NCBI RefSeq assembly: GCF_009914755.1
Contig: NC_060937.1
DNA: 64,000 bases
Source of the DNA: the human T2T-CHM13v2.0 reference genome, Homo sapiens
Direction: 5' to 3' (one strand)
Under the pieces are notes generated by a model. That model was not told the DNA's origin. It searched no databases and saw nothing but the letters and a program-made list of their open reading frames with translations. Below are positions 1-16,921 of the stretch, one piece after another (positions within the stretch are counted from its first letter, which is position 1; the number at the start of each line of letters is the position of its first letter). The translations under genes were made by a program, and so were the position numbers.

Positions 1-940
1 TGAATTGGCTGTAGATGGAAGTGGGTGATGAAACTGTGCTTTCAGTATGGGTCAGGTTCCAATGGTATATATTCTCCTGTCTCCTTCACCTATGTATCTT
101 ATTTAAGTTTAATAGTTTCACAGATATTCAAGCCCCAGGAATCCAAATTCCTTCCTCCACCAACTGTTTTGAAAAACTCTTCCAGGACTTTATGAAGATT
201 AATCAGACACAAGGGGGCTTGCCAATAGAAGTCGCAGCAGATTTCTTTTATGGTTTCAACATCTTGTTTGCCTGGAACTTAAACATTAACTGATACAATC
301 ATTTTGGATACAACTAAAGGGCTTATCCAACAGTAAGACAACTGTTTCACCAGGTGCCATTATATTATGGTTCCCAGTAGGCTGTGGTTTGACAAATTGA
401 TGTTACCTGGACTGAGGCATGGGCCACCTTTCTAAGTCTACATCTAACTGTTGATTATTGAGGAGTGAAAAGATGCTTGTTATTGCCAATTAGACAGCTA
501 AGTTTTGTTGACAAGATGCTCAAAACTTTTCTTTATCTGACTTTTTTTGGGCAAAAATGGAAGAGATAGGATCCTGAATTTGTTTCCTGGCTAATGGAAG
601 GAGTAGGCAAATTGACCTCACTGTCAAACAGAGTTTCCTTTGGAGAACTATAGTAATTAGAGTAGAAATTACAGGCATACTCCTTGGGATATTATCTTCA
701 GAGACTAAGATATTCAGTAGGAACCAAGATTTCATAGTGATGTTATTGCTGAGACAGCCTCGTGCAAATATAAAGCCCTAGAAATGACTTCTCTTATCAA
801 TCTGAGATGAACCAATTTTTGCAAGCATGGATAACCTGGAAGAATCGGAGACTGATGCATTGGTTTTTCAGCCAGAGCAAAACATACGTGTATTTCTGGC
901 AGTTTAGTGAAGAATATTTATAAGGAAAAATGTGAAAGCT
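1..940 (+). mobile_element. Putative decayed ORF2 (post-RT, C-terminal half) of an ancient non-mammalian-type L1/Tx1-clade LINE; runs off the window's left edge
   Basis: Manual translation gives ordered motifs: frame +2 G**NCAFSMGQVPMVYILL; frame +3 GGLPIEVAADFFYGFNI, AVV*QIDVTW, DPEFVSWLMEGVGKLTSL..SFGEL...YYLQRLRY and LMHWFFSQSKTYVYFW. These resemble fish/amphibian-type L1 ORF2 motifs. Many stops; matched by eye only. Confidence 0.5.
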
Positions 941-1119
941 ACATGGAAGATGAAAGGATAGTCTGATGCCATGTAAAAAATTTAGGATATGAGATTATAA
1001 TCTTTTACTTCTTTAGGAAAATATGTAAAATGAAAAAAAAAGCTTAACATCTCTTCAGGTTAATCCCAGTCCTGGAGTCCGTGACAATAACTAATGCTTC
1101 ATTTGGTTTTGCTTTTAAT

Positions 1120-1380
1120 TTTAGCTCCCTCAACCTGGCCCTACCCCTGTTGGCCCCACTCTCAGCAGACAATCTTGCCTCCCAATTAATCAAGAAAATC
1201 GAGGCCATTGGGTACACAATCTTTCTTGAATCCTGCCCCTCGACCCATAAACTATTTTCATTCATGCCTGCACTCAGTTTCTCTCACCCTGTCTCAGAGG
1301 CTGAGGTGTTCCCTTTTCCTGCCTAACGCCAAACCCTTTACCTGTCCCTTGAGCCAGTTACCTTTGGCCTCTTTCAGGGC
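1120..1380 (+). mobile_element. L2 LINE ORF2 fragment
   Basis: ORF 1081..1326 contains LSADNLASQLIKKIEAI...PVSEAEV, typical of the L2 endonuclease-RT linker. Confidence 0.6.
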
Positions 1381-3911
1381 CTTGTTCTGTCTTTACATAC
1401 CCTTCCTAGGATTCAAAACTTTATGCAGAAATTTCTATGCTAAACTCAAGATCCTGAAAAACATTTTTTCCTTTCATTGTAGTTAGCATTTTCCCAACTA
1501 ATATTCTATAATAGATTGATATTTAAATTTCTTTTCTTGGGGCCAAATATACATTGAGAAGGGATAAAATGAATGCAAATGTCCACATCACATTGACAAC
1601 TTCTTTTTGAAACATTTTTATAAAATGTAAAAACTTGGTACCTATGGAAAAGCAATTAGAAACAATCTTTTCTACATTTGCAAAGCATAATTCAAATCTC
1701 CTATTAATTCAGGAGGCAGTTTTATCTTATTTAAACACCTGGTTTTTATAACAGGACACATATACTCTTATATGCCGGTATTTTGATAATTCACACTAAT
1801 TACATTGGACTAATTTTGGTTTGAAGCATTTTTAATGTGCACATTTCCTCTTTTCTGACAAAATGTGGTTATTAATAAAATATAACATTTAATTTTTAAA
1901 AAATATGTAGGAAAGAAGCTTGTCATTTTCTCTTGTGTCATGGTAAGTTGCTACCAAATAAGCTTTATATTGTTTGTGACCAAAAGATTTTCTTCTCCCT
2001 TTCCATGTTATTTGACAGAGTCATACTGACAATAATAATAATAATGACAACAAAATTAACAGCAGTATACTGTGTCACAAATTGCAGGGCATGTCACAAC
2101 ATTATCTCTTGTTTCTTTTGATGTCAACAGTGTGTGGCATACAGCATATACTGATAGTGTCAGTAGCTCCTTTCCACAGATAAGAAAATTGAGAGGGAGG
2201 AATCTTAAGTGACACAACTGGAAAGAGACAAAGTTGCATATAAAACTATAACATCTGTCATTTAAAACAGTAAGTAAAGACAACACATTTGGCTTCACAT
2301 CATATTTACACATAAACATTTTTGAGGGGGATATGAAGTGTTAGAACTGTTTCTGGTATAATTTGAGTAATCAAACATGCTTCTCAATTTTCACATTTGT
2401 GTATAGATGTAGGTAGAGGATAAGGAATTGTTTCTTGTATCATTTTTATCATTTTCTTCCCAATATTTAGTTTGCGGTATTTGTTCAGTATTCTCCAAAC
2501 ACATAGTCAGTGTTTGGGAAAGGCTCTAAGTTCACTGTTTTGCACCTCCTTGAAACTTCTAGAAGGGAAACTGGTCTCAGTGCATCCCTGATTGCCAAGG
2601 ACTCATTTTCTGTTTTTCAGTTTAGGTGGACTTGGTTTTCCAAAATTGTTTCTTCTGAGAATTATATTCCTGACTGCAGCACCTATTCATCTTGCCTATC
2701 TATACATTTGAACATGAAGGCTGAAAATTCACTTATGCTTTTCATAATGTCACTGTGTTTTGCACATCATTCCTGGGTTTTCTCTCACCCGCCCTTACTG
2801 CCTCCTTCAGTGAGCTTGTATTCCATCATCTTACATTTTCATAGTATTTGTGAGCAGACACTTCATTTAATTTTCAGCTTTCACTTGCTTTCTCATTGTG
2901 TAATGTCTTTGAAGTTCAGGCTGTAAACTTTGTCACCCTCTCTCTATATTCTGTATCTTGTGCCTCTAATACTCGTTATTCTTATCTCTGATTACTTCCT
3001 CCAGGTCCTATTCTCTTGTAGTCGCCCCTTTCCACTCCAGGGGCACGTACTGTTAGATCATTCACAGAACCCTGGGAGACCGAGTAATTGCTTCCTCAAC
3101 ACTTTCCATTTCTTTTCCTATTTTCTCGCTTATTCCTCTGTATTGTACTCAATATGGTCTCCGTGTTTTCAAATTGCTTTTCTCTTTTTTCAGATTAACG
3201 TACCCTAATCATTAAAATGATTTGAAATAACTGTATCGTACCATCGCTATAACTCAGACTCAACATGTGGACTTTTATAGTCCCCTTTTTATATTTAGAA
3301 GTTGCTCCACATCCCTTATTCTGATATGGTTCTTTGTTTTGTATGCTAAAACTAATTAAACCTAACTTACATAGAATTCTTTTGACAACAGACCAAAGAT
3401 AGACTAAAATTTTCCTTTGCATTACTTTCTGAAAGTGGGGCATATGGAGCAAAACTATAAATAAGATTGAGGAAGTACATTTAATTCCTCGAATTATGCC
3501 ATACATTTGAAAATAATTATATAATTTCATAAGCTAAGTATAAATAAATTACCTATTATCAATGAAAAAATTGAATTAGAACCTTTATTGGGAAATTGGG
3601 TCAATAATCTAACATTTTAAAACATGTCTACATTTATATTTCATTTATTTAAAAACAGCTCCAAAGTTTGCTTTAGGGAAGGTTTGCTTTTGTTAGGTGT
3701 GCCTTTCTATGGAAGTTTGTTTTTTTTAAACTTGTTTTGAGCTCAGTTTTCTTCTCTGTATCCTGATCTTATCACATGTTCATTTACATAAAATTCTGAC
3801 TGTCCAATGCCTTTCTTATACATATTTTTCTGAGCCATATTTTAAGCTGCAGTGGCTTTGAGGCTTCATTTCTAAACTTTTTTGTTTACTGGAAAGTTTT
3901 GGGTTTTTTTT

Positions 3912-4478
3912 AGGTGAAATTCACAAAACATAGCATTAACCATTTTTAAGTAAATAATTCAGTGGCATGGAGTACACTCCCAGTGCTGGTTTCACATAGT
4001 TCCAAAACTTATTCTACATGGTTCCAAAACACCACCTTGTGCCCATTAAGCAGTTGCTTCCCATTCCCAGCCCTGGGCAGCCATCAGTCTGCATCCATCT
4101 CTCTGGATTTACTTGTTCTTCATATTTCATACAAATGGAATCATACAACATATGACCTTTTGTGTTTGCCTTCCTTTACTTAGTACAGTATTTTCAAGGT
4201 TCTTCCACTGTAGCATGTAACAGTATTTCATTCCTTTTTATGGCCGAATAGTATTCCACTATATTTATATACTACAGTTTGTCCTTTGTTCCACTGATGA
4301 AAATTTGAACTGTCCACCTTCTAGCTATTTTGAATAATGCTGCTACCAGCATGCGTGTGCATGTATTTGTTTGAGTGCCTGTTTTTAGTTCTCTAGGGGA
4401 TACATCTAGAAATGGAATCACTGTGTGTTATGTAATTCTGTGTTTTATTTTTTTGAGGAACTGCAAATGTGTTTTCCT
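3912..4478 (-). mobile_element. L1MB-type LINE-1 3' fragment
   Basis: Typical antisense L1M 3' text, e.g. 'acaaatggaatcatacaacatatgacc' and 'ttccttttttatggccgaatagtattcc'. Confidence 0.8.
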
Positions 4479-4540
4479 CAACTTGTAAAGTTTCTCTTTA
4501 ACAAAAACTAAAGTTTTAGATGAAATATCTCTGAAAGTCA

Positions 4541-7674
<3,134 letters not shown>

Positions 7675-9384
7675 TATATTTGGGGTTTTTTTTTTTTTTT
7701 GAATGATATGAGCTTCAAGAAAAACATTCTTACGTTAAATCATTGAATACAGTTATGTACTAGAAACTAAAAGTTTCTCTGGTATGTTATAGGTAATGGA
7801 GGAGGTTAAGTAACTGATGACTGGTCACTGATAGAAGGCCTAACATCTCCCTCCCTGGGTCACCATAAAACTCACTCAGCTGCATTCTCAGGGACACAGG
7901 AAGATTCTACAATCTTCATAGAGCATTATAGTAAAGTTATTAGTTTCAAGTAATTTTCATTTTTTATTTTCTTTACCTTCTTATTTATGTGTTCTTTAAT
8001 ATAACTGACTTAAATCTGACTTTGAAAGCAACAGCAAAGAAGGATGCAGGAAAGAAAATAGGGAAGAGGAAAAGGGAAAAAGAGAGAAAAACAGCTGAGG
8101 TAAGAAAACCTAATGTAACGTTAAGAAAAACATTTTAAACAAACACCTTTGGCCATCATTTGGTTTCAGGACTGCAATTAACCCCATCGATTATTCATAT
8201 TGAGGACTATTTTCAATAAAATACTCCTATATTGACTCCATTCTCTTTATTTTTCACAATTAATATTTATGTCTTTCCTGTGAGTCACCTTCTTTGTAGG
8301 AAATTTAATTTAAATATCCAAAGAAGAGACTAATTTTAAGGAAAAAAATTAGCCATCTCTTCTTGTATTTGTCAATTTCGGTATTTAAACTTATTAAACA
8401 GATCAACCATAGACGAACCTTTACATTTGAGAATTCTACTATTGTTTCTCAGTGTTAGGTGACAAGATTTATTTTCAACCAACCCCTTGTGGTTTCCTGT
8501 AATGTTTTAAGGAAAATTAAATAATCCCTGAGAATTGAAATGCAAGGATGAAATTACATATTATGGTGGCAATGTGATGTCACGTTTACTTTTATTAAAA
8601 ATGAATATATCAGTTTAGATTTATTGGACAATAGTTTATGTCTTCAGAGTCCAAGCTTTAAAGGTTCATTCTGTACAGTAATACTTCAGTAAGATACATC
8701 TCCCTCGTCTGCAGGATCTCATTTATAAGCTAGGTTCACCTTCTGCTTCCTGCAGTAATAAATGTTTTTGCCTGCAAGATTTTAGATGAGATATTGTGTT
8801 TCTCTTCTTATCCCCTTTTCAACCTATTGCACCATAGGAAGGGTGTTCCTTTTTTGTGACCTTTGAAGGAAAAAAACTCACTAGATTCATTTTTCCAAAG
8901 CAGCTCTTCTAATGTGTTTGGAATTGCTTTCTGAATACTGTCTCTCACATTACTGTTGAGATGTTCTGTTATACGTGAGATAGAAAATAGGAAAAACCAC
9001 TTAGATTGACTTCTTTCTCCATTAAAAAAAAAATAGCTTCAATTCAATACAAACTATTTTTCTCAGATTTCTATGTCTTTGAGGCTTTTGATGTTTAAAC
9101 ATGTGACAACTGAGGAAAAGATGCATTTAAATATGCATAGAAAGCAATGTAAAACATCTATCCTCAAATTGCCTGAAAACTCACTTTTACCTGAGTAATG
9201 TTTTAACAGATGATGATAAGTATAAGCTATTGGAGCATGCTCACTTGTGTGTGCAGGGCAGAATGTCTTTTTGTCCTTCCACAGATTCTTGTCCTAGCAT
9301 ATTGACAGGCTCACTTCCTTGCCATTGTGGGTCTGGAAGGCACAGGAAGCCCTGTCAGCTTCCACAATGCACCACAATGCACCA

Positions 9385-9470
9385 AAAAATTGCTGGAAAA
9401 TGAACCAGGCAGGATGCACCCAGGTGCACCACTCTGGGGGATCCTGTCTGGTTCATTTTCCAGCATTTTT
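9385..9470. repeat. Inverted repeat with 25-bp arms and 25-nt spacer
   Basis: 9391-9415 tgctggaaaatgaaccaggcaggat matches the reverse complement of 9441-9465 with 1 mismatch. Confidence 0.95.
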
Positions 9471-10429
9471 CTGGCCAGTTCATTTTTTTCTTTAGCTCCT
9501 GTTCATCTCTCCTTCCTGAGAGAAGGGCCTTCTGGGGAAGTGTTCCAGTGGGTTATAGAATATTTGCAGCATCCACAGAGGATGGCCAAGCAAATGTGCA
9601 CTCACAACAGGAGGAGGTATGCTTATTAGCTAAAAACATGAGCATGAGACCACAGAAGACAGTCACCCAAAATCTGGGCCCTAGAATACAGCAATTAACA
9701 TCTTGAGCTTCTGTTTCCTCATCTATGAAATGGGGGCAATATTACCTGCATTGGAGCAGGTTATAACATTAAAATAGTTATTGGGTGATGAATAAATGGT
9801 GGTTATTACTGTGTTGTTTTAAATATATCTTAAAAATAGAGAAACTACCACTTAAAACCAAATTCAATTTCACAGAACACATTTAATTGAAAAGCCTTTT
9901 AGGAGTTAAAATTCTCATATTTGTCATCTTCCAACATTTTCAAACCAAACATTAGATATAATAAAACCCTCCTGGAGGAGAACTTTTAGAAATCCCAATT
10001 TGGAGTGCAGAACCGTAAGATAGGGGAAACATATTTTTATTTTCCTCCCAATTAATCTGTCTATGTCTCATTTCTACTTCTCCAGCTCTATGCAGCTATA
10101 TGGTATCTGGAGGCCCTTAAAAGATTTCTATTTTATTTTTCCTGAGACAATAAATATTTTGGCATCACTGATTCTCAAATGTGAAAAGACTGGAAATAGA
10201 GGAATAAAATCAGGCCTACCAAGATTTAACTGGAGAAAATATTCTTAGCTCTATTTCTCCTAGTTATTTTGGGTTTAACTATACAATTTAATTACGTTGC
10301 AATAAAAAACTACATAATGAAAGTAACCATGCCAAGGACCTCATACAGAGAGAGCACACTAATGTTTTCATTTACTTTGTTGTATAAGGGAATAACTTTA
10401 GAATGATTTTCTACAACACAGACGATAAA

Positions 10430-11100
10430 ATAGGCGTCAGTCAATATGAAAGCCATAGTGTTCCTACTACGTGCTGGGCATTGCATTAGATGTTGCAGAC
10501 TTTCCAGAGAAAAACTAGCCCCTGCCTGCTCAGAGCTAATGGTCATGGGAGAGAAATAAGACATTCCACAAATATCAAAACTATAAAGCATGTAGGAAGT
10601 GCAACAAAGGTTAAAAAAAAAGTATTTATGAGAGCAAAAAATAATGGCAGTAAGGACTTCCTGCTGAGACCTTTAGGAAGGCTTTGCAGAGTGGTGGCAT
10701 TTAAACTGGATTGGATTTCAGCAGAGGGTATGGGTGAGGTTAGGGAGATCCAGGGCAAGAAAACAGAGTGAACAAAGGCGTGGGAACAGTGAGTGGTCTA
10801 GTGTGGCTGAATTTCTAGGAGCAGGGAGAGATGAGGCAACTGCTGATCAAAGGTGGGTCATATGGGGAGGGATTGTACATATTTGATAGACACTGACAGG
10901 AAATGAAAGATCTGGGAGGAAGACTGAGAAGGAAAGGTCTCAGAGGACAAAAAGACCAATGAGGAGGGGCTTTAAAGCCAAAAAAAGAAAGTGTTTACTG
11001 CTGGTTGTGGGAGATCAGTGGAAGAAAGAGATAAATAAAAGAACAATGATGAACTATGCCAATATTCTCCACTTGACAGAGATATTTCTAGGCTGGAATG
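10430..11100 (-). mobile_element. L2 fragment
   Basis: Antisense L2 3'-region text: 'tgctgggcattg...ccctgcctgctcagagctaatggtc', then a purine-rich body. Confidence 0.6.
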
Positions 11101-11233
11101 GAGGAAAAGAGGAGGTATGAGGAGGGATGACTAGGAAACTAACATCCTTCAGCATGCAGCTTAAATATAACTCTGTCAAGGAGATCATCTTTGACACTGC
11201 CTCCTCTGTCTAAGCTAAGTCGGATCCCCCAAG

Positions 11234-11652
11234 CTATCTGGTCTGAGTTAGTCCCAACAGGAAGTGAGCGGCACACTCAAACTGGGAAACTGATGAATTC
11301 AACAAGGAGATAATCCACAAAGGTGTATGCAGGGTTAAGGGAGACCAATAATGCCAGCCTGGCCCGTGGGAGCTGTGACCACACCCACGCCTGAGTGGCA
11401 CAGGAAGTGGTTCCCAGAAACTGCAGAGGAAGGCAACTACTGTCATACTATGGCCTGGCTGGGAGGGAGCTGGGACTATAACTACCCTGACCTTGATACA
11501 TTTTGGCCCTCCTATCTCCTACTGAACCCAAAGGGAAGCCAGTGTACAGGGGAACTCACTGATGCTGCCCAACAAAGCCAGTCTCCCATGGCACAGAGCA
11601 GAGAAGGGAGAGGATGCATTTGGAGGAGGAAATGAAGATAATCTATCCCATG
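11234..11652 (-). mobile_element. LTR33-type ERVL solo LTR
   Basis: 'ggcacactcaaac...aaaggtgtatgcagggttaagggagaccaa...tggaggaggaaatgaagataatctatccca' matches antisense LTR33. Confidence 0.7.
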
Positions 11653-11659
11653 TGTTGTC

Positions 11660-11880
11660 ATAGTTACTATTTGTAGCACTTATCACAATTTTAAATAAAA
11701 AAGGGATAGCATAATTAGTTGTTTAGCATCTGTCTTCCTATTAGAATGTAAGCTCCCTGAAGGCAGATACCTTTTGTGTCTTTTTCTCTGCTGAATTTCT
11801 GGTACCTGGCCCAACGCCTTATATATACTTATATATATAGAATGTCTCAAGAAATATTTATTAAATGAATGAATGAATTA
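11660..11880 (+). mobile_element. L2 3' end
   Basis: 'tagaatgtaagctccctgaaggcag...aaatatttattaaatgaatgaatgaa'. Confidence 0.75.
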
Positions 11881-11885
11881 ATTAA

Positions 11886-12227
<342 letters not shown>

Positions 12228-13261
12228 TGTTGTAGGTGTTTTGAAAGAAACTGCAAAAACAACAAAAACAACAACAACAACAAAAACTCAAATGAGGTAT
12301 ACTTGGTAGTTAGCTTTGAATTCATTTTAAGCTTTGCTTGGAAGAAAACTGCTAAGCTGGAAGTTTCTACTCCTAGTTGTGGCCATAATTTTTTTTTTTT
12401 CACTGATTATCTTGCCTGAAGTTAGGCCCTTGGGATAGATCTTTGTGTAATTAGCAAGAGAAAGCTGAAGGTCCTGAATATCTGTCACCATTCCACATGT
12501 AATTCTGGCAGCTGGAACTGGAGAAAATACACTCACAGAGCACTTTCATATCTCTGAATCTTCTAGAGACTGCAAAAATTGCTTGCTTATTTTATTTGCC
12601 TTGTGTTCATCAAATAAAGGTCAATAAATCTGTATTGTCTAAAAAATTCACTTAAATCAGTAGCAAGATTCTTTATCAGTTACTCATAGGGAGAAAACAC
12701 TACCAGAGTGACGTGAAGTGTGAACTGTGGTGAATACAGGGGAGAGTTACATAGTAGGGAGGGTCATTCATCTATTATAATTATTTATCTTCTAGACACT
12801 GTGCTCAGTTCCTGGGATATAATAATAACCGCATAGGCATATTCCCTGCTCTAAAAGAATTTCCAGCATAATAAGAGAGGCAGACAATAAGGAAACATAG
12901 TGAGATAGAGTTGCAGGGGAAGCACTGTAGGAGAAGAGCTGTGAAGGAAGAGTAGACTGTTCCGTGGCTCTGGGAAGGCCAATGATTCAGACTTGTGGGT
13001 GCAGTCAAAGAAGAGGAGAGCGGGAGAAAGTGACATCTGGGCTGGGGCCTGAGGGAGGAGTAGGCGGTAAGGAGATTTGGAGTATATTCTATGTATAATG
13101 GGATGCCAGTAAAGTGTGTGCTAAAGGATCCAATTTGCCTTTAAACAGATTACTCTTCCACAAAACAGATTGAAGAGGGGCAGGAGTGGAAGCTAAGCCT
13201 GTTCAAGGGAATATTCCAAGTGTCCTGGAAGAGTGGCAACTGTAGATAAGAAGAGAAATTG

Positions 13262-13552
13262 GGCCAGGCATGGAAGCTCACACCTATAATCCCAGCACTT
13301 TGGGAGGCTGAGGCAGGTAGATCACATGAGGCCAGGAGTTTGAGATCAGCCTTGCCAACATGGCGAAACCCCATCTCTACTAAAAATACCAAAATTAGCC
13401 GGGCATAGCAGCATGTGCCTGAGTCCCAGTTACTCAGGAGGCTGAAGCACGAGAATTGTTTGAACCTGGGAGGTGGAGGTTGTAGTGAGCTGCGATCACA
13501 CCGCTGCACTCTAGCCTGGGCAACAGCGTGGGACACTATCTCAAAAACAAAA
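13262..13552 (+). mobile_element. Alu (S/J) element
   Basis: Dimeric Alu. Confidence 0.95.
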
Positions 13553-14652
13553 GAAATGGGCATATTCTGGATATATTCTAATGTGTTGGAGTGAGAAGGA
13601 GGGAATGAGATGAAGCAAAATATCACTTAGATTTTTGACTTGAGCATCTGGGTACATAGTGGTTCCATTATTCAAACTGTGAAGCCTGGCAGACAGACAG
13701 TTTTGAGGGGTAGGGAATGCTTTGGGCAATTCCATTTTTAGATGCACACTAGACATTGAAGTGGAGACATATAGGCAGTTGGATGTATGAGTCTGGAGCT
13801 CAGGGGAAAGAGGAGAGTGCCCAAGATTACATTTGAGAGTAAGCAGTATAGTGGTGATGCTCAAAGCCATGGAGGAGGAGGAGGTTGCCTTCGGAGGGAG
13901 GGAGGTGGCTTGTAGATGAAACAAGGGAAAAGGAGGGAGTACAGGAGCCCTCCAATATTTGGGGTGGAAGAAAGAGAAGAAGGAACCAGCAAAGGGTTCT
14001 GAGGGAGTAGAAGAGAACCCCTGGAGCGGGAAGAATTTCTAGAAACAGAAAGTTATCGAGTTTGGCAAAAATTGCTAAAAGTTCAGAATGAGGACAAAAA
14101 AGTGCCCATTTTATTTGGCGACCTGGGGGTCATTAGTGACCTTGAGAGGAGCATTTCGTTGGAATGGTGGAGGCAGAAACCAGGCTGAAGTTATTGGAAG
14201 AGAGAATGGGAGTGAAGAAGTGAAAACAGTAAGTATAGAACCAGTTAGGGGACACCTTGCAGCGAAAAACAAAAGAGAAATAAGGAAAAACCTGGTAGGA
14301 AATGTGAGGCAAAGGAAGGTTGTTGTTTTAAATAGGACAAAACACAGCCTATCTGTTGTACTGATCAGATGAGCCAATAGACAGGGAGAAACAGATGATA
14401 CTGGAGAGAGGAAATAATCAGATGAATGAAGTCCTTGAGAGGGGAGATGGTATTCAAGTCACAAGAAGGGGGCGGTAACAAGAGGAAGAAGTAACACAGG
14501 AGAACCTGAAAAATAGGTAGGTTTTTCTATTTGGTAGCAGGAATAAGAGAGTTCTTAATTCTATTCCATCAATCAACAGCAAGGAAAGGTCATCAGCTGG
14601 AGTGAGGAAATAAGAAAATGTGGGAAGTAAGACTTGTGAAAGAGTGATTTCA

Positions 14653-14941
<289 letters not shown>

Positions 14942-15296
14942 GCAATTTCAGAGAGTGGGAAAGCAAAACAAACCCACTAGAAATGAATGAGCAGGATAGT
15001 TGGGCACTGTTGGATGTTCATTTGGGGTTTATGATCATGAATTTTGATGCAACCAGTCACCCCATGGGTCCTATGTATCATTTTCCTAGCAAAGGTTAGC
15101 AACTTTGGTACAGATATGTGTTCAAAGAGGTTGGAGTTTTGACAGGTGAATATGATGTAAGAGAAGAGGGGAAAGTTCATTGAGGATGGTTGCATGGAAG
15201 TGCTGGACCAGGAACTCTAGACTGGGAAGCAAAGACATGAAAACAGAAGAGAAATGATGAATAGTCGGAAATGGTCAGTTAAATAAGCTAGGTACA

Positions 15297-15710
15297 CGTG
15301 TTAGGCCATTCTTGCATTGCTATAAAGAAATACCTGAGGCGGGGTAATTTATAAAGAAAAGGGGTTTAATTTGATTCACAGTTCTGCAGGTTGTACAGGA
15401 AGCATGGTGCCAGCACCTGCTCCTGATGAGGCCTCAGGAAGTTTTCAATCATGGCAGAAGGTGAAGGGGGAGCAGATGTATCACATGGTGGGAAAGGGAG
15501 CGGGAGAGAGGCAAGAAGTGCCATGCTCTTTTAAACAATCACCACATGAACTCAGAGCAAGAACACACTCATTACCGTGAGAACAGCACCAAACCGTTCA
15601 TGAAGGATCTTCCCCCAGAATCTAAACACCTCTTACCCATGCCCCACCCCCGACATTGGGGATTGCAGTTCAACATGATATTTGGAGGGACAAACATCCA
15701 AACTATATCA
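15297..15710 (-). mobile_element. MSTB-type MaLR solo LTR
   Basis: 'gttaggccattcttgcattgctataaagaaatacctgag...aaactatatca'; TSD-like gtaca/gcaca. Confidence 0.85.
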
Positions 15711-16460
<750 letters not shown>

Positions 16461-16488
16461 AATGTAATTTAGAACTCTAAAAGAATCC

Positions 16489-16669
16489 TAAGGAATTATT
16501 CAGAATTATTATTTCAGAATGTTTTTGAAAGACTTTGAAACACAAACACTTTTTGTTTTTGAAAGACTTAGAAACACAAACACTTTTATATAAGTCTCAA
16601 TTATATTATCTAATTCAGGGTGAACACAGAGTGACTGCTTTTCTTAGGAAATCAAGCCTCCTCTCACCT
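16489..16669. repeat. Left copy of an inverted duplication, with an internal 34-bp tandem repeat
   Basis: 16554-16669 is the reverse complement of 18559-18674 with 3 mismatches. Confidence 0.95.
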
Positions 16670-16789
16670 TTCTTTAAAAAAGAAAGTGGTCACTTAAACA
16701 TGTCAAGGGGGCCAAAGAGTTATTACAGTGTCTATAGAGGAACAAGGGGGCTGGAAAGATAGGCGTTTGTATTTAAAAGGCAGCTTATT

Positions 16790-16921
16790 AGCCCGGCATG
16801 GTGTCTCAAGCCTATAATCCCAGCGCTTTGGAAGGCTGAGACAGGAGTACTGCTTGAGCCCAGGAGTTCGAATCCAACCTGGGAAACATAGTGAGACCCT
16901 GTCTCTTAAGAAAAAAAAAAA
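16790..16921 (+). mobile_element. FLAM (left Alu monomer)
   Basis: Single monomer with A tail; TSD-like aaaaggcagcttatt / aaaggacagcttatt. Confidence 0.85.

Noticed and set aside
1-1045. Endogenous non-retroviral virus insertion (VDGSG and FNS resemble a mononegavirus L methyltransferase motif; A-rich end)
   Set aside because: Only two very short motif echoes in different frames. The L1/Tx1 ORF2 reading explains more motifs in the right order. Not formally excluded without a search.
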